A stretch of DNA of 20,000 nt from Catajapyx aquilonaris (lineage: Eukaryota), in contig KZ538529.1 of NCBI GenBank assembly GCA_000934665.2, positions 44,048 through 64,047 of the forward strand, read 5' to 3'. Under the pieces are notes generated by a model that was given only the letters and a program-made list of their open reading frames with translations, had not been told where the DNA came from and made no database searches. Shown piece after piece: positions 11,202 through 20,000 of the stretch (position 1 is its first letter; every line of letters starts with the position of its first letter). The position numbers and the translations under genes are program-made.

Positions 11202-11590
11202 TTTTTTTTTTTGTATTACCCTGTGATAGGGCCAGAGGCCCTCTTAGGGGGGTGAAACACTACCATATTTTTCCTTCAATATTTCGTATTTTCTTCAGAC
11301 ACCGTGCAGGGAAGAAAGGACATGGGGTAGGGATGGAGATTTTTCGGGGAGGAGACAAGGGTGAAAGTGCAATGTTGGAATACTGGGTCATGTGCAGTCT
11401 CCCTGGAGGTATACCGTATACCTCCAGGGAGACTGCACATGACCTAAGGTGCCAGACGCCTCCAAGGCGTGGGTCAGAAACCCTCCTGACGCAGGTGAAA
11501 GCTAGGGAACTCATGGGCGGGGATCGAACCCGGGACCTTTCACTCAGCAAGCTGATGAGTCGTTACCAACTTGGCCACCACACCTACCCT
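11202..11590 (-). mobile_element. tRNA-derived SINE (family C) with an internal perfect palindrome
   Basis: A box TGGCCAAGTTGG, B box GGTTCGATCCC, poly(A) tail, 11-bp TSD ATTTTTGTAGA (11191-11201 and 11591-11601). Confidence 0.92.
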
Positions 11591-11807
11591 ATTTTTGTAG
11601 AAGATACTTGTAGCAAAAATATATGTAGAGTGAGAAGGAAAAGAAAAATCTAACAAGTTTTCTGTCGGTTGTTTGCCAGAGTCAAGAAATTATACTTGGT
11701 AGACATAATTAAGAAAGGGAGTAAAAAAGAAAGACACGAATAAAAACACGAAAAAGACGAAAGAAAAGGGGTAGGTGGAAGTAGAAAAAAAAATCGAAAA
11801 TGGAATC

Positions 11808-11902
11808 GGGTCTCCGACGAGGCTCAAACCTACAACCATTTGATCTTCTAAGACCATGCTTTGATCTGTAAACAGCAGCGTTACCAACTGGGCCACGCGA
11901 CC
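11808..11902 (-). pseudogene. tRNA-Arg(ACG)-like pseudogene or Pol III cassette
   Basis: GGTCGCGTGGCCCAGTTGGTAACGCTGCTGTTTACAGATCAAA[21-nt insert]TGGTTGTAGGTTTGAGCCT...GACC. A box present, B box degenerate, partial acceptor stem GGTC/GACC, followed by T runs. Resembles recalled tRNA-Arg(ACG) but does not fold as an intact tRNA. Confidence 0.55.
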
Positions 11903-12521
11903 TAGACTTGTTTATTACGTTCCAATTCGCCTATTATCCCCGTCGCCTTGGTTACTTTTAATTGCTAATTACTCGAAAATGCTTGAGTATAGTGACGGTT
12001 GTCATTTTCACATAGCCTATTCATACCTGGCCTACAATTGACCAGCCATGTAATTTTCGGTCAGATCGGTGACATGTTGGTGCGGATCATTCCCTAAGTC
12101 GAAGTTCATGTTGGCGAGTACAGAAAATTTTCTCATTTCCCAGCCGAAGGGTCGAGAGTAGGCCACATGTACAGAAAGGCTCAATTTCCTCATCTCCGTC
12201 TACCCATACAGAAACCCACAATAAGCGCCCAGCTCCGCTATTGCTCCGCAAAAACAAAAAATATCACGCACAGGCAACGTACCGTGCCTGGCAGGGCCAC
12301 AAAACGGACAGTAGGCTACTGGTGCGGTCACTCCAACGCCTTACAGATAACACCAACACAATAAGCGGTGGAATATAAACGTAATTTGGGGGTTGTATGT
12401 TCTAGCATCACTGTCCGCATTGTGGCGGCGTAGATGTGGGTGTTGCGTGATGTGGGTGTGGCAAAGCCACAATAACGTTCGTTGGCCTGAAATACAAGAA
12501 TCCAGCGACACGGAAAAAAAA

Positions 12522-12710
12522 TACAATCAGGCACATCGAGAGGCAATACGAAAAAGGCAGAAAAGGTACGATACAGAGCATCGGGAGTACATAAGGAAGA
12601 ATTGCAGAAATTACCAATCAGGCCATCGGGAGTCCATAATGCAGAATTGCAGAAACTGCAAGTCAGAATCCTCTCTCCATGTTCATCGAGAGGTCATAAT
12701 CAAGAAACAA
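12522..12710 (+). repeat. Degenerate 45-bp coding tandem repeat, Helitron ORF N-terminal-like
   Basis: YNQAHREAIRKRQKR / YDTEHREYIRKNCRN / YQSGHRESIMQNCRN starting at 12522, 12567 and 12612, plus a partial fourth unit (VHREVI). Confidence 0.6.
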
Positions 12711-12930
12711 ATTTGTACATTAATTATTAGTTAAACTACATGTTCAAGTTCCTTTGTCAAAAAATAAAGCTGCAATTATCCCAAAAACACTTCCTATGGA
12801 ATTTTTTAAAAAAGTAAGAGCTAGGTGACGGATAGAAATTACTTAAACAAGACGAGGCCGCGTGTAACACAGAGGTCTTACTTACGCATTTTACGAAATA
12901 AAATAAATAGATGGTGTTTGTCAAGTCATC

Positions 12931-13230
12931 AGTGCTCATGGAGCCGTTCACCAACCCCTGGTGTAAGTCGATGTTTCGACGCTGCATGACAGCATCCAAC
13001 ACCTAGTGTCAAAACTGTCTCGAGGCCGGCTGTTCGCGAGGTATCCTCTCGCAGTCTGTTCAGGTGCTTGCTACCCCTCTGTCGATCTGCCAAGTTGCCG
13101 GTCAACTTGTCCTCTGCCTCAAGTTTAATAATTGTCTGCTGGCATGAAGACAGAAGCACGTGATTGTTGAATTTTTTGTTGTTGTGCGTTGTTGATTGTT
13201 TGGTTGTTCTGCAGGTACATTTATTTCCCA
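12931..13230 (-). mobile_element. Helitron/Helentron Pif1-family helicase fragment (frameshifted)
   Basis: Two overlapping frames join to LREDTSRTAGLETVLTLGVGC/VMQRRNIDLHQGLVNGSM, matching the Pif1 motif L.L.VGA.VML.RN.D...GLVNG..G. There is a 2-nt deletion at about 12991. Confidence 0.85.
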
Positions 13231-13368
13231 GTGTTCGATCCATTGTTTCATGAGCTTGTTTGTAGAAAAGTTAATTGAACTTCAATTAACTTTTCTACAA
13301 ACAAGCTCATGAAACAATGGATTTTTTGTTGTTGTGCGTTGTTGATTGTTTGGTTGTTCTGCAGGTAC
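13171..13368. repeat. 48-bp perfect direct repeat flanking a perfect 42-bp-arm palindrome
   Basis: 13171-13218 = 13321-13368; 13238-13279 is the exact reverse complement of 13281-13322. Confidence 0.95.
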
Positions 13369-13439
13369 TGCAAGGACATGCACAGGTCGCGATAGTTCTC
13401 TTGGCATCTAGGGAGTCAGAAATATATTGTTTGGATGGC

Positions 13440-13795
13440 TGTGGTGTGACGTACCCGCCCGGCTAAAGAGGGCACGACACATGGGACCAGACCCAGACAC
13501 TCACCAGGCCTAGCCCCGACCCCTTTCTCCCACTCACCCCAGACAAAGGAGTCACACAGTTCCTGTATAAAACTGTTTATTGCACACTCACAATCATACC
13601 CAGCATACACACAGAACACTTACGCACAGGGCATGGGGCCCAACGGCCCCCCAGACACAGGCTACCAGGAGGTCACCTCCAACCCAACCACCCTGTTCCC
13701 TTGCCTCGCCTCGTCTCCTCACCTTCCCTCAACATCCGCCAGGTGGCTCCCCACCCTATCCATAGTGCTGCCCTCTGTTGGCAGCAGCCACTACA
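13440..13795 (-). mobile_element. Probable solo LTR
   Basis: TG...CA termini with a 7-bp imperfect inverted repeat (TGTGGTG/TGTAGTG), GC-rich, AATAAA on the minus strand at about 13576-13581. The TSD is not clean (ATGGC/ATAGG). Confidence 0.55.
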
Positions 13796-13872
13796 ATAGG
13801 CAGACTGCCACAGTGGGTATAGAGAGGATTCAAGGGTGGCACCACCATTATTACTCTGGTGGTTGCTGAAGT

Positions 13873-13927
<55 letters not shown>

Positions 13928-14254
13928 TGATTGGGTATTCGGCTAACCCCATAGGGGTTTTTTGCCAGACCTTTATTGTGATGGTGTACAATTCTGGGAA
14001 TCCTATTATTGAAGCGCCCGGGCCCACGGGCAGGATGACAGGAGATGTGCAAAGTGCAGTGCATCTGACGCGGTGGCCATTTTTAGTGAACTCCCCCGGG
14101 TGGTTTAGTCTGTAGGAAATACCACCCAAGACGAAGCCAAAGGTGACCCTGAACTCTGCACGAGATGAAGGGGGTGTCCCCGGGCTGGGATCGAACCCGG
14201 GACCTTAACATCCGTGGGCGCGCACGTTACCGCGGCGCCACTCCGTCTCCCCGT
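13873..14254 (-). mobile_element. tRNA-derived SINE (family D)
   Basis: A box TGGCGCCGCGG, B box GGTTCGATCCC, about 17 (TTA) tail units, 16-bp TSD TGGTGGTTGCTGAAGT (13857-13872 and 14255-14270). Confidence 0.92.
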
Positions 14255-14750
14255 TGGTGGTTGCTGAAGTACTTGTTCAGGAGTGCGAATTGCCAGGATT
14301 GTTTCAAACTATAAGTCACTTCAGTGCTAGTTTCACCTAACTTTTGAAACGTGTTCTTTGTGAGATGATAGCATATAAACAGAGGTGTTAAATTATTTAC
14401 CTCAGGGCTCTTTTACCACATTTTCTTATTTCATCAACGATGCCTGTAGCGGTTAGCCTCATAATATTGTCATGAATATTTTGCAATGAATTACATTGAA
14501 CTCATTTGAAACAAGTTTGTTCTATTGTATACATGCATTTCCCATTCCTCTCCTGAACGACGCTGGACTAGACAAAATTTGCAGACACTTCCAGACCGTG
14601 TCAGTCGAGTCAGTGTTGCCTTTTGTCAGGGCTTTTCTGCCCCGGGGTCATGCTGACCCCTGTATATGTAGAGTCAGTGCAGTGCTCCATAGTGGATGGA
14701 GGACTTTGGCTGCCAACACCAAACCTGATGTGCTGATGATCATAATCATC

Positions 14751-15679
14751 CAGGGTGTGCCGAAAAGGACCGTGGAAGTCATCATAGCATCCATGACATA
14801 GTCGAACTTATTCCGAAGAAGAAGTTGCTAAGTACTACTTAAGGCCTGTCCTGAAAAGTTTGTCAAAATGACTTAATCACTTTTGCTTCTGGATGCTTCA
14901 ATTATTATTACTGTACAGTATATGCACTATTCATCAGGGACCTGAGTTACGTACAAATCCAATTGCAGAAATTCTTATGAACATAACCCCGTTTGTGGAC
15001 CAGGGACTAAAGAATTTCAATGGGTGCAGGCATAAGTTTTCAGACGTTGTTGCCTGGTGCCATGTTCTTAATGCAGACTCTCTGGTTACTTTTCCTGTAA
15101 TTTTCATGACCAGTTTGGTACCATTTCAAAAAACTCTTTTATGTTTATGGAACTTATGTTGGATCTGCACTGCCCGAATGTATGGGGAGTGGTCACAGAA
15201 GGGATGGCTTTGAGTGCTATAGTCTCAGGTATTCACGAGTGGAGAATAGGGAGCCAGCAAGTGCTTAGAAGAGCAAAACTAATTGTACAGTATACTGAAA
15301 TCTGATTTTCCTAAAAAAGAAAGTCAGTACTATAATAATTCAACTAGTGCAGGATGAGAGGTAGGGGTGGTGGAATGCAGGGGTGTAGTAGTATTACAGC
15401 AGTCACATTATTGCTAACTTCCACCAACCTTTTAAAATGCCAGTTAAGAGCTGACCGAGCTAACTATAGTTCAGAGCTGCTTGAAGGATGGGTTGCATTG
15501 CTCCAACTCATGGCATTATAAACTGTTTATTAGTAGCAAACTGATGTTCAATATTCATTTCAAGATGGTCCCATGTGCAATATCTGTTATAATGTAGCTC
15601 TCATCCATATCAGTTGAAATGATCTGGATGTTCCTGGGTCAAGTTGGTATTTCTGTGTCCAGACTTTTGGGTCACCCTG
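14751..15679. mobile_element. Possible degenerate Tc1/mariner-derived element
   Basis: CAGGGTGTGCCGAAAAGG at the left versus CAGGGTGACCCAAAAGT (reverse complement) at the right; TA only at the right end; no transposase recognised. Confidence 0.35.
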
Positions 15680-17138
15680 TAAAATATTTTTGCTGTTATG
15701 GATGTGACCTAAAGTGTGAAAGAATCAAAGAAGTGGTACTGATAACAGTGGCATTGGAACTTGGCTACTATCATCACAATGGCAACAATGACTGAACAAT
15801 TGCAACAATACTTATTGTTGCTACCGATGTCGGTACCCAAGTTTCATTTCCATCAGGCTTATGCAAAGGCCCAGCCGAGAGTGACTATGAGATGACCTTC
15901 CTGTTGTTGATTCTGATATTCAATTGGCTTATTATCTGGAACAAGCATGCTTACTGTTGAATATGTCTGACTTAGCAGTTAAAAAAGTACTCAGAGATTG
16001 GTGCATTTCAGATGGTTTTATACCCAACAACTGCATCATCAGCAACCAGTGGCATTACCACAACAACAACAACTGTCGCAGTGACAACACCTCTTCCATC
16101 GATATCGTCACCATCCCCTGCCGAAGTCCACCATACTTCACCAAGTGGCAACATTGGAGGCAGAGAGGAGGATGATGACAATGATGATGACTGTGACAGT
16201 CAAAGACGCCAACAGCTGCTAGTCCCAACCACATCACCAACCAAGTCAAGTTGTCATGATGACAGCCCATACTGATTTTCTTCATTTACCCCTTTGGTTG
16301 CTCCTAAGGTGGTGAAGGTGTGCCAGCTTGTCAGGATTGTTTCTAGCCATTTTTTTGACGGCAAGGACAGTTTCCATGTGTACTTAAAACCAGTGATGAC
16401 AAACTCTGCTTACAACGAGAGGAAATAGATGTTATTAATGGTGTGGAGGTAATTCAGTTTGTTTGGTCATGTTTATGTTTTGGTGTTTTTTTTTCTCTAC
16501 AGATAGCAATGTGCATATTCCATGAGCGAATATTCAGAAAACAAGTCACGGTTACCTGAGAAAAGTGAGGCAGAAAGAGAGAGAATGCAATGTAATAAAT
16601 GACTATGAGTTACAATGAGCATTTTATTTTTTTCACACGTGAAGAAGGTGTAAGAGTAGGCCTACTTAACAATAACAGAAGTAATTGCATGAATTTTTTT
16701 ATTCAGACACCTCAGGCTTTCCAGTGGTGTACTGGATGGCAGCAATAGCAATAGGATATCCTGCTTCTCAATGGAAAGAGCAGTTGGAGGTTCCAGAAGT
16801 GCATTCTTAGAAGTCCGCTGACTGTAGAGGTTGCTGGTTCTAAATGGAATGTCCAAATATAAAGAGTCCATAAGTTTCCCATGCTAGGTCTTATATAGCT
16901 CAGACTTGATTGAGGCAGCGAAAACTAGACTGAATATGAATCTACAGCCAGTGTAGATAATTTTGGTGAAAGTCACTTCTGTAGCTCATTGGGAACATTG
17001 AAATTTCTGGACAAACATTAGCATTATGTCCAGTAGGGAAAATAATTTTTTAGGATTAGAAGAAAACTGCGAGTGGGGATAGGATTATCAGTAATTTGCA
17101 TTCCAATCGGTCCTGCTTTTTAACATGGCTACCCAATA

Positions 17139-17572
17139 CACTGGAGCCTCGTATTTCGAACATGATTCATTCCAGGAGGCCATTTGAACTCTGAATTGTT
17201 CAAAGTTGATATCAATATACCCCGTTAGTAGTAATGGAAAGTGAATTAATCTGATCCCACACCCTAAATAATACCCATTTCAATAAACTTAAACAGCAGA
17301 TAACAATTTTAGATAAAAATGACACAATGAAATGCCTGAAATGATGAATTAAAACATTAAAACAATAAAATATGTAAATACTGTAAATAAAGCAAAAATT
17401 GCACTCAAAACACATGAACGTAATACAAGAGATGGCATATACACAGCGCACACATTTTTTCACTGTGTGTGTAGTTCAAACTTGAAAGTATCAATCGAAC
17501 TCCAGGCTGAATTTAGCTTTCGAACTATAGAATGTTCAAAGTTAGGGTCATTCGAATTACGAGGTACCACTG
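17139..17572. mobile_element. pogo/Tigger-like MITE
   Basis: TA|CACTGGAGCCTCGTATTTCGAA versus TA|CAGTGGTACCTCGTAATTCGAA (reverse complement of the right end); subterminal TTCGAA-like repeats; AT-rich core. Confidence 0.8.
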
Positions 17573-18250
17573 TAATTAAAAATTAGCCACTCCCAAGTAG
17601 TAACTCCAGATGAAAGTCTGGAGTGCAAACTCTGCATAATAATTATGGACAAAAAATGCACGATTTGACCTGTATAATATGACAATGGGATCAATTGTAA
17701 ACATACGAATGGTCAACAAAATGGCATGTACGTATATCTCTAATCACATGGGATCACTGGAAAATTGTATTGATTTTTTTTCAAATGTTAAAAACATGCC
17801 AATGTCCCTTTATTTCCCCGCAGGGAATGGCAGAGTTAGGTCTGCAAAAGATAATTACATAAAAAAAGGATTTGCAGTATTTACATATTGGCAGAATGAA
17901 TTTTTTGATTTGATGGACCAGTCAGATTCAAATGGCACAATTTTGCAAAGGTGTACACTTTGAGGCCTTCTGGAGCCATTTTGCTCAGGTGCAATTGACT
18001 AAACTTGGTACCAAATGACTTGCCTAATTATGCCTAAGAAAATGGTGCATCACGTGATTCATTTTGAGTAATTGGTCTTGGACCATATGGACCCTTTTCA
18101 AACTGGTGGTTCCCAGATGGTGGGTGTTATTTCACATTTGTCTTTTCATTTGTTTCAAAATATACTTCCAGATTCTTGTGTGAAATTTATAATAAATGGG
18201 GGGTATTTGAAAAGGGCAAGTGTAAGAGACTGTTGGAATTCTGTCTTCAA

Positions 18251-19117
18251 GGGCGCCGGATACCTATGCGATTTTTCAGAATCGCGGGCCAAGTATGGCA
18301 GAGTCACCAGTGCAGCGTTCTCTTTGCACAGGTACGGACCTGAAATTTTCACAGCATGGTGAGGAAGGGCCAATTGAGCCCCTGACGGAGTTTCGATGAA
18401 TTAGAATAATAATTAATTACGAGATCTACATGGGGAGGAGTTTTTGAAAAGCGGCTCATGACTCCAGATTCGAATTTGGGAAATATCTCGACGGTCTGCG
18501 ATGGCAAAAGTTGTCCTCTCTTACTCCTCCAAAGCGCGATTAATTTGGGCTATTAGTTTTTGCATAGCTATTAAAACGGTTTCACCACCTCACTTCGTAA
18601 AATCGGCGGAAAACTTTCGAACGTGGAACAGTTGGTTCCCTGTCCAGGTTGCCAGGGAACCGGTTCGGGCAAAATAATCAAAAAGCGCGTGGGCAACAGG
18701 TAACCAACACTTCAATATTCGGACGTACTCCCTCTGATTTTACGAGATGATGTGGTGAAACGATTTAAACAGCTGTGCAAAAACCAATAGCCCAAATTAA
18801 TTGCCCTTTGGAGGAGTCAGAGAGGAATACTTTTGCCATCGCAGACTGTTGAGATATATTTCCCAAATTCGAATCCGGAGCCAAGATGTCGTGAGCTGGT
18901 TTTCAAAAACTCTTCCCCTTGTAGATCTCGCAATTATTATTATAATTGATCGAAACTCCATCGAGGGCTCAATTGGACCTTCTCACCATGCTGTGAAAAC
19001 TTCAGGTCCATACCTCCAGTGCGGTGCCCGCATCGGTGGTACAAAGAGAACGCTGCACCCGTGACTCTGCCAAACTTGGCCCGTGATTCTGAAAAATCAC
19101 ATAGGTATCCGGCCCCC
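18251..19117. mobile_element. Long-TIR non-autonomous DNA transposon, Kolobok/T2-MITE-like
   Basis: 18251 to about 18610 is the inverted copy of about 18731-19117 (with indels); GG...CC termini; TTAA at 19118-19121 and TCAA at 18247-18250. Confidence 0.85.
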
Positions 19118-19169
19118 TTAAGTGGTGTAAAATATTCCAGAAAGGTGAGAGGAGTCTGACAGACATGCC

Positions 19170-19365
19170 GCTGCCAGGCCAGTGGAATTTCGATGGGTTC
19201 TCTCCGTGCTCGCGTGGGTTTTCTCGCGGTTCTCCAGTTTCCTCCCACTATCAAAATTCATCACATTACAGGCAAGTGATTAAAGTCGGTTATTCAAAAG
19301 ATGATCCCCTAAGAGACCCAAGGGGCCTATCACGGGGTATCCATTATTATTATTATATTATTATA
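19170..19365 (+). mobile_element. 5'-truncated SINE (family E) with a V-domain-like body
   Basis: GTGGAATTT..TGGGTTCTCTCCGTGCTCGCGTGGGTTTTCTCGCGGTTCTCCAGTTTCCTCCCAC, then the shared 3' stem-loop (19306-19339) and an (ATT)n tail. No tRNA head or TSD seen. Confidence 0.8.
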
Positions 19366-19680
19366 AACAAGCATACAAACTTTAAACGGAATTATCTCCA
19401 AATGACAAATGGCTCTGTTACAGGGTTTTGACTTGGGGTATCAGATGTGATCATTGCAAACATTCCACAGTATACATCTTGATATGATAGATAGTGACAG
19501 TAACTAGGGTGCCAAGAGAAAAATAATGACACTAGTGAACTTAATATTTTTCCTCTTTTAACAACAAAAAACTGACTCCCTCGTTGGCAAGCAACCAAGA
19601 TGGACGTCTCTTTTTTGTGCTCCAGCCACAACTTCAGTCAAATGACAGTAGTCTACTCTATATCACGATGGTTAGTAAGA

Positions 19681-19870
19681 ATGGACGCAGCGAAAATTAG
19701 GTCACTGTTTAAAGAGTTAAAGTCAGAACTAATGACAGACATCCAATGGACTATTACAGACACAATTAACTCTACCCTGAAAGGATTTGAGGAGCGATGA
19801 ACTGCCAAGTTGGAGGAGGTGAGGACCGATTTGACCGAGGTGAATGAGTCTGTTAACTCTGGAACCGTGC
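19681..19870 (+). pseudogene. Degenerate coiled-coil ORF, retroelement gag/ORF1 N-terminus-like
   Basis: MDAAKIRSLFKELKSELMTDIQWTITDTINSTLKGFEER*TAKLEEVRTDLTEVNESVNSG: the heptad-like pattern continues through an in-frame stop at 19798-19800. Confidence 0.45.
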
Positions 19871-20000
19871 CATGCCTGAAAGTCACGGGAACCGTGCTGT
19901 GGGTGTTATGTGCTATGCCACTAGCACATAAGGATTTGATGAGACTACTAACACAAGTATAGGTTTACGAGCACTCTGTATTGGATCAACTCTTGTATAC

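Noticed and set aside
13756..14129. ORFs with poly-Leu and poly-Tyr runs
   Set aside because: These are translations of the (TTA)n SINE tail.
4576..14254. All four complete SINEs lie on the minus strand
   Set aside because: The sample is too small, and the fifth SINE is on the plus strand.
18072..19254. ORFs sharing KGAGYLCDFSESRAK
   Set aside because: The similarity results from the inverted repeat arms of the non-autonomous element.

Overview
AT-rich, intron- and repeat-dense eukaryotic DNA, most likely arthropod/insect (inference from the repeat types). The one convincing host gene is a minus-strand LITAF/SIMPLE-family gene. It has a probable non-coding first exon ending at 10104, an ATG exon (4038-4157) with two PPxY motifs, a frame-preserving P/Q-rich cassette exon (3230-3373) missed by the ORF track, and a LITAF-domain exon (628-784). 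The last coding exon lies left of the window. The rest is mostly transposable elements: five SINEs (four tRNA-headed with TSDs), several Tc1/mariner/pogo MITEs, a long-TIR TTAA (Kolobok-like) element, a rearranged Helitron/Helentron relic with a Pif1 fragment and a tRNA-Arg-like cassette, a probable solo LTR and a gag/ORF1 relic. The most notable observation is that four SINEs with unrelated bodies share one structurally co-varying 3' stem-loop, and one of them carries a V-domain-like segment. No database searches were run; family names come from recalled motifs.
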